A DNA stretch of 64,000 nt from Vicugna vicugna (taxonomy: Eukaryota), in NCBI GenBank assembly GCA_013265495.1, contig MU061804.1:682001-746000 (forward strand), in the 5' to 3' direction. The position numbers and the translations under genes are program-made. This document shows positions 13,586-26,400 of this stretch, in pieces. The notes beneath the pieces were generated by a model, which worked only from the letters and a program-made list of their open reading frames with translations, did not search any database and was not told the origin of the DNA. Positions within the stretch are counted from its first letter, which is position 1; the number at the start of each line of letters is the position of its first letter.

Positions 13586-15098
13586 GCTGTTTCTCGGGCC
13601 CTCCCCCCGTAACGACAGCTGGGCCGGGGAGACTCCCCCCCAGGCTTTCTCGGCTGGAGAGGAAGGGAGAGGAAGAGGAAGGGGGAACCCGCATCTTCCA
13701 GTCCCAGCGGAACACGGGGGCAGAGGTGACAGCAGGAGATGAGAAAGACGGACACCAGTGTCCTCATTTACTCCCAGGCTGGGCACCAAGCTTCGGAAAT
13801 GCCTGGACAGCGGGGGCGGGGGTACTGCCTCTCCTGGGAGTAGCACGGGGTCTACGACCCTGGGGGACCCCAGCCTTCGGCCGAGAGCTTACTCAGGCTG
13901 GTGCGGAAGTGATGGGTGGCAGGTGGGCAGGCGGGATCCTGGGTCCCTGGGCCCATCCGTGGAGGACTGGGTGTCCGTGCCCTCAGAGAGCCGGGGGCCA
14001 GGGACCAGAGGCGACCATTTCAAGATCAGAGGCAAACAGAGGGGCCCAGGACTGTGCTGGAAGGGCCCTGACCGGATGGCCCCTCTCAGGCCCCCGATCA
14101 GAGGTGTGAGCAGAGGACGCGGGGACCCCAGGGCCGGTCCTCACTGAGCTCTGTGTACTTTCAGGGTCTTGAAGTCCCAGCCCTGCACCCCCGCCCTGGA
14201 GAGGATCAGCTGGACTAAAATCAGTGTTATTTATGCTCCTGCTGTGCAGGAGGTGAGGCCGGGGAAGCAAGATCAGCCATGAAGCAGAAACAGCCACCAC
14301 TCCTGGGCACACGCGGGCTCTGTGGGCGTCCGTTCACAGCCCACTCCGCACTCATCCATCCCACGCACGCGGGCGGACAGCCTGCCCCTGGCCGGGCATT
14401 GAGCTGGGCTCCCTGCAAGCTGTCCCTCAAGGCACACAGAGCCCAGCGGAGACACAGGGACGCCCGGCGAGGACGGCGACAGAGGTACAAGCCAGGCGGG
14501 GACGGAGGGGGACTGGCGGAAGGTGCTGAGACGCGGTAACATCTCAGGTCCTTGACAGGAGCTTGAGTTCTCCAGAGGGAGGCGTGGGGACCCAGGGACA
14601 GAGGCAGAGAAGGGCCCCATGCAATGCCTCGAAGTGCGAGAGACCAGGGCACGACCCGGGGCTGCGGGGAGTCCGTGTGGTTGGAACCACGGGACGTGTG
14701 GGCGGCGGGGGTGGCAGGGCAGACGGGGCGGGAGAGCTGGGTCCCCAGAAGGTTCCGGAGCAGCAGTGTCAGACCCCACGTGCCCCCACCTCACATGCTC
14801 CACAAATGTGGAGTGGCCGAGAGCAGCCAGTGCCCACACTGGACGTCACCTTGTAAGGGAGGGACACACACGACGTCCCACAGCCTCCGAGGCCCGGGGC
14901 TGCTCACGTCCTGATGCTCAGAGACTCAACAATTAGCCTGGTCTGATCCCTGAGCCGCCTTCTGACAGCCGTGAGGAACAGAAGCAGCGTCTCCGAAGGA
15001 CCCCTCGCTCAGCCCCCCGCCAGGTCAATACCCTGAGCCCTGGGCTGGACGTGGAGCCGGTGGCGGCAGGAAGGGAGGGCGGCGTGCATCTCACTCAC

Positions 15099-15125
15099 CT
15101 GAACTTGGACTTGGAGATCCGGTGG
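15099..15125 (-). CDS. CACNA1C: Cav1.2 exon 11 (27-bp microexon), HRISKSKFS
   Basis: Polypyrimidine tract ending ...tttcag|C CAC CGG ATC TCC AAG TCC AAG TTC AG|gtgagt. Phase 2 to 2. Confidence 0.97.
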
Positions 15126-18100
15126 CTGAAAGGGAAAAAGGACACGTCACCAAACAATACACATCTCCCTCTGTGTCTCAGACGCTCCCGGGGCGCCACG
15201 TGGGGGCTGGGTGGACGGGGCGTGACCTGCACTTTGGAGAGAGAACCCCGCTCGTCGGCACCTCCCAGCGTGTTTGTGTGTGGACGTGGGGACGAGGCCG
15301 GCCCAGCCGACAAGCCTTCAGACCTAGCATGTTCTATGTGGAGACCTGGTCCCTGGAGAGGGGTGCCGCGTCTTCGGACCATCAGTGACGGCTGGGCAGT
15401 GTGTCAAGGGCAGTTCCCCAAGCACAGGAAGGCCCCCCTGCAGCTGCGGGGCCTCGCCAGCTGGAAACGTGGGCAGGACCACCTGGCAGAGACCCCAGCA
15501 CTGTCTGGACAGGAGCCCGGCCAGCGCCAGCACAAGCTGGGGAGGGGCTGGAGCCACCGCGGCCCGAGCCAGCACACACCCCGGGCGCTGGCAGGCACGC
15601 GCGGCCCTGGGAACCTGGGACTTGTGGGCAGAAGCACCGGCAGGTGTGCTGGTGGCTGGCTCAGGGTCCTGGTGGGGGCCCACTGAAAGGTGGACCCTCC
15701 AAGGAGGCCCCGAGGCCTGGGAGGCTGGGTGGGGGTGGGCTGGGAGCAGCGTGTGCAGGGCGTGTGTCAGGAGGGCCCTGGTGTCTAGGGAGGGAGCGCC
15801 GGCCGGCTGTGGGGTGGCGGGGCCTGGATGGGAGCCCCAGGCGCCAGGCAGCGATGAAGAGGGGACAGAGATGGGCTGTCCCAGCTCAGCACAGTCGGCT
15901 CTGCTGCAACGCGAGGAACCACCCCTCCCTGTTTTTCATTAAAAGAAATTGAACCAGAAGGTGTGACAGGTGGCAGAGCCGTCGTGCATGAGATGATTGT
16001 GTCTCTGGGGCACGGAGAATGTCCCTGCTCTGAACCGCCAGCTAATAACCTTTCCCACCCAAAGACGCCCGCGAGGGCCGCAGGGTTTACTTTAACGCTA
16101 ACGTGGCGTGTGGGGGGAGACCTGGGCCGCGGGCAGCGTTTTTACTCGGAGCCACAGTTTCACGGGAAACAGACGTGCTCCAGCTGCTCCTGGGTGGTGC
16201 AGGCGGGGGCTCCCTCCTCCAGCCGGGCCAGGCTGAGCGGGGCCAGCGGGGCTGCCCCCTGCTCGCTGGGCAGCAGATTCTCCTCGCTGAGGGACACAGC
16301 CACAGTGGACAGTGTGGCCTTCAGCCCGGCGGCTCTGAAACAGGGCTGGCCCGGCCCCCGCCTTCTCCCAGAGATTCTCAGCGGTCCTCTCTGGGGCCTT
16401 CGATGCAGACCCCTCCCGCGAGGCTCCCTCTTAGATCAAGTGGGTCGTGAGCAAAAGCGGGTTCTTCAAAAGTCCTGTGTGGGGCCTCCGAGGTCTGAGT
16501 GTCCTCGTCTGAAACACGGGCACGGGTGGACCAGGGCTCCTGTTTGGAATGAGGTCCCAGCTGGGCAAGGTCACTGGCTACGGGTCCTCCCTGGGCGCTC
16601 TGGGACGCTCTGAACAGGAGGGAATGGAGCGAGCCTGCCCCGTCCACAGCTGCGTGCCCCAGCACGCTGCCCGGGCGCCACACTGGGGCCTGAGCTTCGC
16701 CGTGGTAGCTCATCTCAGCCTGGCAGTGCACTTCACCCTTGCTGGGCCGGAAGCACCCACTGCCTTTAAGCGCCGTGTTACTGATGCCGTCACGTAGGAA
16801 GGGGCGCTGCTCGCCGGGCCTGTGTCTGGAGCCAGACGACCCAGCCCTTGGAGACCGAGGTCGGAGTCTCCACCCGGGGCCTGGCACTCCCCGTGCAGGA
16901 GGGGTCAGCACAGGGCCCACCTGGTGGAGACGGGGGACCCGGTCTCCACAGCCTTCACCTCCCACGACGTGAGTCCGGCTCAGGGTCTGGAGAGCTGGTT
17001 GCCCCACAGGGTGGCCTCGAGAGAGGGAGCATGTGGCACCGTAGCTGCACCCTCACCCTGCGCCTCGGCCGCGGGGCTGGTGCTTCCTCCTGGTCTGAGA
17101 CCCCTCGGAGTCCTCGCTCCCCACTTGCTCCCCGCGTTGCACAGGAGTTCTCGACGCACACGGAGGTGGAGAAAGCGGGTAGCTCGCAGAAGACCATGCG
17201 CACAGCCCCGCGCTGGGCCCTGGCGTACGTTCAACTGCAGGTGCTCTCGGCCTCCGAGACGAACCTTCCAGAAGCCATGCCACCCGCCTTCCCGAGCGTG
17301 GCCGCCAGGGACGCACATCCAGCGTCTCACGCGCTGGTCTGTGTGCTTCCAAAAGGGGAGAAGACTTGGAAAAAGCTCAAGCTGCTGCTTAAGAACGTAA
17401 TTAGCACCGTATTTTAACAGCACTTTGACAATAATTGCTTCCCAGCAGTGCAGACTCCTGGTGTCGGCTGAGTGACGGCGGCCGTGTGCTGGGAACGCGG
17501 CCTGCTCCCTCCCGTCTCCTCCGCTCCTGCTTAGACAGCCTGCAGCTGACCTCGCCGAGAGGGCTGGGTTCGCCCAGAAGTGGGGTTGTTTCAGGGGGAA
17601 GAGGCGAACTCGGCTGCCCTTCCACGGATGGAGCCATTCGGACTCAGCTTGCTCGGGGCTGGCTCCACGCACAGCCCTCTGGGGACCAGGTGAGCGGCCC
17701 CCACCTCCCGCAGAGGGGCCTGAACGCTGCAGGGGCCTCGGGCTCAAGGTCAGCGGGACCCCCACCTGCACGCCTTGTCTGCGGCCTCTGCCTTCTGAGA
17801 CACCAGGAATGAGACCAGCGGTCACATCCTTTCCCTTCGCTTCCTGGTGGGGGGGCAGTCCCTTGGGACGGCACCGTCCACCTTTAAGACCAAGACGGGT
17901 GACTGATGCGTCCTGTGAGCTGTTCCTCGCACCCCCAGCCCAGTCCTGGGCTCAGGGCAGCCCAGGCGGCCGGGGCCGGGCTCCCCGCCAGGGAGGGGAC
18001 GTGTGGGAGGAGGCGGCGCACCCCAGGCCGCGCAGGAGGGGCTTATCAGTTCGGGTCTGCACTCCAGACGCCTGTGCCTCCCTTCAGCGGCTGGACCACC

Positions 18101-18447
18101 CAGAGCTGCGGGGGAGGCCCCTTTACCGTCTCCCAGTTAGCTTCTTGCCTGTCGGCGTGTCTTCCAGGTACGTTTATCAGAATGGGAAGCAACCTGGGAA
18201 CCCTGACAAAGCTGCCTCTGGTGAGAGGGGGCAAGGGCTGGGGAGAAAGGGCCCTCAGAGCCCCACGCCCACCTCACCCTCCTGGACGCTCTGTTTCTCT
18301 AATGGCCCCGGGAGTGCAGGACAACAGAGCCGCCCCCAGCCCAGGGCCACCCCAACCCTGGCGCCCTCCCCGCACAGGCACCGGTCGGTGGGCTGCGGGC
18401 TCTGACCCCTGCCCACCCCAGCAAGGGCCCGGCCCCGGTCCTACTCA

Positions 18448-18750
<303 letters not shown>

Positions 18751-21700
18751 TCAGGGGGACTGTGGGGGGACACTAGGTGGTACGATTATTCACTCAGGGG
18801 AGACCCTGGGCACCACTGACCCCCACCCTGCCCTCGATGCCGCACCCTCGCAGAAGCTGCGCACGCCCTTCCATTTGTGCCCACTCCTCGCCATAAAAAT
18901 GAGGTTTCATGAAAACATTTTACTTTTCTTATTTCTTTCCACCCACCAGTCCTCAGGGGCATCCTCCCCACCCTTAGGGTCCAGCCTGTCTGCAGAAAGG
19001 GCGCTTTGCCACGGGTGTGAACTACGAGGTGGACCGGGAGGACCGGCCCTGGTCCTGACTCCCGAGTCCCACATGCCGGGTCCGGGGTCAGCTACCTCTT
19101 GAAGGGAGCATCGCGTCCGGGACGCGAGCCGGCTCCGCAGACACAGGGCGGAGGCGCAGACGTGGGGGAGACGCCAAACTTCGTTCAAGTGTGGCCTGAA
19201 GACAGCCGGCAAGAGCGCCCCGTCCGCGTCCCGGGGGGACCTCAAGGGGCCGACGCGGGACCCAACCCCCACCCGAGCCCCGACAGCGGCCGCCCCGCAG
19301 GCCCAGGCCCCCCAGGGCGCAGGGCTGAGCTCCCAGAGCGGCAGCCGTTTTCTCACTTGGAACCCAGTTTGGTGGCTCAGAAAAAGCCACTTCTTTCACG
19401 ATTATTTTTACTCCAAATAAAAGTTTAGCCCCAAAGAACCCTCCCTCTTCCTTTCACCTCTATGACCCTTACTCAATACGACGCAACTTCCTTATTTCCC
19501 AGCCTTGTTCCTTAGAACGGCCGTCGCAGCCTCGGTCCTGGGTCAGCTCTGCTTGAAGCAAGGTCAGGGGCCCTCAGCCCTCAGAACCTGCAACTAGCGA
19601 GGTGTGGCGTCTAGGGACGTGGCACCAGGGACAAGCCCCCCGGGGCCGCCGCTGTCCAGAAGGGGCTGGTTACGTGGGTAACGGCCGTAGGCGCCGCATT
19701 GCCGGACGTGGGTTTTCCCCGGCTTTTTCCCGATTGGATGCCGTCAGGACAGGCAGGTGGGGTGCCCCGCTCAGAGGCGAGGGGACACGGGAAAGCCCAC
19801 GACCTAGCACACATCTGACTCGTGTGTCCACATGACTCCCTCCCATGAAGTCGGGCAAAAGCAACTCCAGACGAAGCTTCATGCGCCCAGCCCCACCCGG
19901 CCCCCTCTGGTCACAGGACAGGGAAGTGAGGTCCAGGTGCCCGGGCGACACAGGGACTCGGGGCTGGGGCTGGAGCGCAAGGGTCACGACCGCTCCCCGG
20001 GCCTGGGACCCAGAGGTCGCCTTGGAGTCCTCTTGGAGACTGGGAGTCCAGGTCGGCCCCGGGTGGGATTACTGAGGCTGGACCCCATTCTGGGGGAGGC
20101 GGCCAGCCTGCCTCCCCCACAGGCCACTCAGATGATGGATGGCTTGGAAACTGAGGCGGAAACAGGGCAGAGGACCCGGGGCCCAAGGGCACCTTTCCGC
20201 TAAAGACAACCCCTCCTGCCCCGAGGAGCTGCTCCCCTGCAGGCGGGGCCGCGAGTGCAGAGCGTGTGCAGAGCGACGTGGTCCGTCCTGGAAGGATGCT
20301 GAGAGGAGGCTGGCTGTCTGACTTTCCACCTTCGCCACCAGGTGTCGGGGCTCAAACGTGGGTCTCTGGGCTGCCCTGCCCCAGGCTTCCGCTGAGCAGA
20401 TTCCAAAAGAAAATGAGATTTCTGTGAAAGAGTAATTAATAGCTGGAAACATAATTGCATCTTTAGAAATGTCACCGTTGGCTGTGACGAGCAACGTTGA
20501 CTCTATCTTGCCGAGAACGATCACCGCCTCGGATTAACGTCTTCTCTCCCCAGACCGTCTACTCTGGTGGCGATGCGCTTGCTCGGGGCCTAGTAGGACT
20601 GGACTTCTGTGTCTCCAGGGAGGTGCGTGGCGGTCACGTCGCAGGAGCCGATGCCGTCCCTGCTTGGCTTTGAGAGCAGTCGTGTGGGGCCTGGGTGGCT
20701 GGAGGAACCACTTCCACCACGAGATAATCAAACTGGAAATCGCATGAACGACGCTGCGGGGTGCAGAGGGTCCGAGCGGTCATGGAGCCTGGCGACCCCA
20801 GAGCATCGGGGCTGGCAAGCCCTCTGAGGGTTTGCTCCACACCTGGGGACCCTCTGTCACTGAAGGTACGGCCCTGCCCTCTGCCTCAGACCTTTCTGTG
20901 CGTCCTGGGTGAGTGGGCATGTGAGGGAGTGAGGGACGAAACTGGGGGAGGTGGACGGGCCTGCCAGGTGGGACGGCTTCACACTCATCCTGGGCGGGGC
21001 TCTGTGGGCCCCCCGAGGCCGTCAGCAGGAACGGCCAGCCTCTCCGGAGGTTGCTGAGAGCTGAGCTGGCAGCCTCGTGAGCGGGTCGGAGGGCCCAGCA
21101 GTGAGGTCAGTCTCTCACCTCCTCTTGTCGGAGGGGGCTGGGGCATCAGGCCGGACCTCCCGGGCAGCTGCGGGCCATTTCTCCCCCAGCCCGACTCCCC
21201 TGGGGCCCAGCGGGTGGTCCTGGGTCGGCCCCGTGGCGGGACCCCGCTGTCCTTGCCTCTGCCGGCTCTTGGATGGACCTGGAGACGTTATGCTGCCGTT
21301 AACTCGGCCGGACGCCCGCTGTGTCACCGTTTTCGCGTGAGTGGTGTAGTTTGAGGTCCCCTCCTGAAAGTACTAATCAGGAACGTTCACAGGCAAAGCG
21401 CTCGCCGACTCTAACCCGGGGTCCCCACGCCCGCAGCCGGCTCCGCTCCACCTCTGACGGCTGCACGCGCGCCCTCAGGATTCATCAAGAGACAACAAAC
21501 CAGCGTGGGTAAAAAGACAGGCCCGGCTGATCGAAAACCATCGGAAGGTAAATATAAAACAGGATTGAATATTAAGAAGCCCAACAAAGCGGCCTCATTA
21601 AAAAGGCCCAGCAGATCTCAACGCGTCGGGGACATAACCATCACCGCTGTAACCCGGGCGGGGGGGGGGGCGCCTGCCCCGGTGCAGACGCAACTCCAAT

Positions 21701-22409
21701 ACAAAGCCCAGATGCCGTGCTCCAGCAGCCGTGAGCACCCCACGCCCGAGCAGAGCTCTCTCCATTGTGACGGCACCACCGCACTGGGCCACCTCGGGGA
21801 CGCCGGGGGTGCGGGCGCGGGGGAGTCCGGGCCGGTGCACCGGACGAAGGTCTGCACTCGGGCACACGTCCGTCCCCCGCCCTCTCCCACCCGCCCCACC
21901 GTCCTGAGGGTGATGGGGCAGCACGGGGTGGGACCATGGTCACAGAGGAGGGGCTGGACACCCTGAGGGAAACCGCTCACTGCGACCTCAGGGGTGAGAC
22001 CAGATCTTCTAGACGTGGGTGACGGTGGCCATCCTGGGCAGGATTCCTTTGGAAACCCAGTCGTTTCAGGCATGACGCTACTTTAGGTTGGGGACACGTT
22101 AGTCTAGATCCCAAGGCCAGGTTTAGCAGAGGCTCAGCCGTGCGGTGTGGCACAAGAGGGACCGAGAATGGCTTGTCCCCAGTGCCTCCGACCCAGGCCC
22201 GCCATGTCTCCTGGTCACCCCCTCCTCTCAGGGCTTGGCTCCCCGCCAGAGTGCGAATCCTCCCGGGACGCGGAAGGCAGTCATGTCTATCTGCACAGCG
22301 ACGGCCACGGCTCGGCTTCCCACCCCTCGCCACAGGCCAGCTACTCGTCCACGCAGCTCGCTCGTGTGATCTGACTGAAGCCTCCAAACCACCCCACGAG
22401 AGATGATAT

Positions 22410-22520
22410 GTCCCCGTTATGTTTCCAGTTTACAGATCAGGAAACTGAGGCTTAGAGAACGAAGCTGCTTACCAAAAACGAGCAGCTAACACGAGGTGGG
22501 ATGTGAACCCGCGCGGGTGT
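22410..22520 (-). mobile_element. MIR fragment
   Basis: TTTACAGATCAGGAAACTGAGGCTTAGAGA...GGGATGTGAACCC is the reverse complement of the MIR core. Confidence 0.75.
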
Positions 22521-22689
22521 CATGCTGGGTCTACCCTCGTGTGAATCGGATGAACCCATGAAGTCCTTTCCTGATCAGGAGAGAGGCCAGGCTCCTGCGG
22601 ACGTGCTGGGATCCCAGAGAGGAGTGGAGGGCAGACAGTGCAGGTGGGGTCCTGGGAGAGGCCACGGATTTTAGCACCCTGCCCGGGGG

Positions 22690-22825
22690 ACGTGGAGCAG
22701 GGGACCAGAAGCCTGGGCTCTGGAGCCAGGTGGCCTGAGTGTGCGTCCCGACTCTGCTGCCTTGGAGCTATGTGACCTGGGAGGTGTGACCCTTCCTCTG
22801 TGGCTCAGTTTCCCCCACATTGCAG
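22690..22825 (+). mobile_element. MIR fragment
   Basis: GGGCTCTGGAGCCAGG...AGCTATGTGACCTGGG...CTCTGTGGCTCAGTTTCCCC matches the MIR 5' half and core. Confidence 0.7.
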
Positions 22826-22849
22826 GGCTAAAAGGGATGGGCCAGATCT

Positions 22850-22935
22850 TTCTTTTACAGTGGAGAACATATGGCCCAGAGAGGGTCAGTGACTTGCTCA
22901 GGGTCACACAGCTAGTCAGCGGTGGAGGTCCGGCC
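22850..22935 (-). mobile_element. MIR fragment
   Basis: TTTTACAG...GGCCCAGAGAGGGTCAGTGACTTGCTCAGGGTCACACAGCTAGT is the reverse complement of the MIR core. Confidence 0.75.
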
Positions 22936-25900
22936 CCCTACCCACCAGCCAGTTCTGCCTCCTTTCCTGACCTGTCCTTCACCCCCATCACCGAGAGGCC
23001 AAAAGCCCACCCTTGATGGTCCCAGCTGAGCACAGGCCCAGGGCTCCCTCCCTCTGGTGGGTGCATCACACCGTGCCAGGCCTGTGCTGTGCACGGCGGC
23101 CAACAGAGCTCACGATTCACACTCACTTCCTCTCTTTTTTGGCCCCGTCTCCCCTTCACCGTTTTCTGTTGCTCAGGACAATCCTGACCCGGGTCAGACC
23201 TCCCCAAGGAGGCCCTGCAGGGGCGCAGCACACCCTGGAGGACGCGGGGCCCATGGAGGGGCGTCTTGAGCAGGAGCCGAACCCCTTCCCCAGGCTCTCA
23301 GCCTCGCCCCCCTCCAGCAGGAAGGAAATTGCTGCCTTAAATTTCCAGGCCGGCTGCACTCACGGCGTTTATGGGCAGTGAGTCACTTCAGCTCCCCACC
23401 GCACAGGGCCTCCTCTGCCCCAAACTTCACGAGCGTGTTCATGGGCAGCTGTCAGAATGTCGATCTGTCTGCCCGCTTCTGCGCCAAGTCCATCAACACT
23501 GATCACTCTCCCGGCTCTGCCTGCTGGACGTCCGGGACTCGGGGCCCCGGTCAGGATGTGCACCCGGGTCTCTTGTCTCACGTCTTCTGTCGAGACATTC
23601 CAGCAGCACCGCAGGGTTGCGCCAGAGCCCGTGCCCCTGGCAAAGGCCAGGAGGCTGTGCCCCGTCCTGCGTGGGCCAGCTCCGACAGGACCACGTTCAC
23701 GGGGGCGGCCCGCAGTCAAGGTCTGGGGTGGGCAAGGGCCGAGCCCACATTCTAGGAAGACGCTGGGGAGGATTCGTTCAGAAGAGGTGGGTCAGGGGAC
23801 CTTGTCATCATCTTCAAACACGGGAGGAGGGTGCTGCCTACCGAGGTCGTCCTGCAAGGAACAGGCCTCAGAGGAGGAGGAGGGAGGGCGAAGATTCTGC
23901 CCTCACGTAAGGAACCACCCCAGGCCGGCCTGGCTGCCCTCAGAGACAAGGGTGCTCATTGCTGGAGGCCTTCAAGCACTTGCGGGATCAGAGAGCTGAT
24001 TCCAAAGATTCCTTTCCTGACTGTCCGTGGGGGAGGGGCCCTGGGGCCCTGTTTCCTCAACACCCCGATGTGTCTCATCCTCACGGCTGCCCTGCCCGTC
24101 AGCCTGTCCCCCAGGCGCCCCCGGCCTGCAATCTGGTCTCACTCTTTCCGGAGCCTCCGTGCCCATTTCCCTCCCATGCCCTTGGGTCAGCCCTGGCCTC
24201 TAGGACGGCCCGCGTGGCCAGTCTGGCCTCATGCGCTCCACGGAGGCCCGCCTGGTGCAGGGCCTGCCGGGGGCTGTGAGGTCGGCCCTGCTGGGAGCCC
24301 GGCCTCCCCAGGACCCCTGCCCTCCAGTCTGGCCCTCGTGGAGCTCTTCCTCCAGACCCGCAGCTCGGCGTCCAGTTCACACGGTGCTTTCCTGTGTGCG
24401 CCACGTGGACCGACCTCCTGAATCTGCAACACCACCCAGGGAGGTGGCCGGGCCCAGTGTGCAGGCCGCCTGCAGGCAAGGCAGCTGCCCTCGGAGGGAG
24501 CAGGGCCGGGGGAAGACCAGGGCCCGCACTGTGGCTCTGGAGGGATGGAGAGTGAGGCTCTCCCCGCCCGGCCGCCAGGCCTGCCGCGCACTCCGCTCCC
24601 CTGTCCGGTCCTGTCCACCGAAGCTTCAGGAGGCAGGGTGCCGTCTGTGGTGCTGTCCGACTCCCGGGGAAACGGCGGGAGCCCGCAGGGTTGGGAGCAG
24701 ACTTGCACCTTCCGCTGGGGTGAGGGACGGGAGGCGCCCCCCACACACCCGCTGGCCTCGCCTCAGAGCGGGGCGTGTGCACATCCTTGGGGGGCCGGGC
24801 AGCCCGCCTCGTCCACTCACAGTCTCCCCAGAGCCGGCCTTCTCGAGGCCCTTCCTCGTCATGGGCTGGCTCGGGGAAGGCCTGCGGCGGGTGACCGAGC
24901 AGAGGAGAACCCAACCCAGACATGCTCACAGGGAGAGCAGGGGGACTGAATGCCGGCTGGTGCCTCTCCGTCCACTGAGCGGCCCTGCCCTCGGTCCTTC
25001 CTCTCAGGACTGAACTGGAATCGAAGGCATCGCCCCCTGACGTCTACTCCCTCTTCTCCGGACTCTTGGAACTCTCCTGTAGCCTCTCAGGAGACGTGAG
25101 GCTGACTGCTCCTCCTTTAGGAGAGAGAAATGCTTTGAAACCTGGAGAACAGGGGCCACGTGGTCAACAAGCCAGAGGCCCCGAGGCGCCGGCAGGACGC
25201 GGATGCCCACGCTCATAAATGACCTCAAAGGGAGGCCGGCCTTGGGGTCAGCTGGGCCTTGCTGCCTGGGGCCCAGCGCTGCCCTGGTCACTGTTCCTGC
25301 CTGAGTCCTGGGTCCTGTGAGGCCCATGCTGAGGGCTCAGTGGCCCAGGAAACCCAAGTGGAGCTTCCGGTTTCAGGCTGGAGTCCTGGGCGCGGGAGGT
25401 GGGACATGAGGCAGGCTTTTCACCGAGGAAGGGGCGTGCTGGCGGTGCGGTCTGCACCCGGAGCAGGTGCAGGTGGGGCTGCACCGTGGCAGGGCCGTGG
25501 GCAAATTCAGGCAGCTCCGTTCCTTCTGCGGCTTGCGTTGTACGAGAAATTCTTCTCTGATGGTTCCCTAAAAAGGTGTGAGGACACGGCGTCCACTTGG
25601 TCTGCGGAAGCAGGAAGATTTAGTCCAGCAGCGCCGTAGGAGAGCGAGCATCCTGTCAGAAGGACCCAGCGCAGAGTCGCAGTCTGGGCGGTGAGGAAGG
25701 AGCGTTGGGGGAGGGAGGCGGCAGAGGGTGCGCACTGGAGCTGGGGGGTACGCCAGGGGAGGGGAGAGCCTCTGGGGCGGCTTCCTGCGCGGAGCTGCTA
25801 TGGCTCATGCTTTGAAGGCAGAGATGACGATGTTATCAGGGTGCTGGCTCCGGGAGGGAGCAGGCCATGCTGGGAGAGGCCGCCCAGAGCTCTCACGGAG

Positions 25901-26289
25901 AGGACACTTCCTCCTTTCGGCCCCCCGCTGCCCAGCCGAGAGGCAGAGAGCCGCTTCCCTCCCTGGCCCAGGCCCCTATCACTCTGGAGCACAGGACTCA
26001 AGTAGAAAGACGGGGCGGCGGGGCTCCGGTGCTCCGGGCGGTCAGGTGCTCGGGGGGCTACAGAAAGCTGGGTGGTCTGAGCACCACTTTAACAGGTCAG
26101 GGAACTGAGGCCCAGAGGGGACGGGTTTGTACGCGGTCTCTGCGTGCGTCCCCAGACTTCCCTGCCAGGGTCCCCTTCCCCTCCACTCCCTCTTCCTACC
26201 ACCAGGGACGTCAGGGCACGTCCTCCCTGCCTGACAGAAGAGGGGGTCTTTCGTGGCCGGCCGGGCTGGGCGTGGGGCCCGGCGAAGCC

Positions 26290-26400
26290 CCCTGTTGGCT
26301 GTCTGGTCTTGGGGATATTATCTGGACCTCATCTTTCTCATCTGAAAAAAGAGAGAGAACAACGCTAACCCCGGAAGGCTGCGTGAGGATTAAAGGTAAC
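26290..26400 (+). mobile_element. MIR fragment
   Basis: CCTCATCTTTCTCATCTGAAAAAA...GGCTGCGTGAGGATTAAA matches the MIR core and 3' part. Confidence 0.6.

Noticed and set aside
19674-19769. Minus-strand peptide RGTPPACPDG...AVTHV, which begins and ends like exon 9*
   Set aside because: It is 32 aa rather than 25, has only about half nucleotide identity with no KGKFAWF core, and lacks AG/GT in the required phase. Judged to be coincidence.
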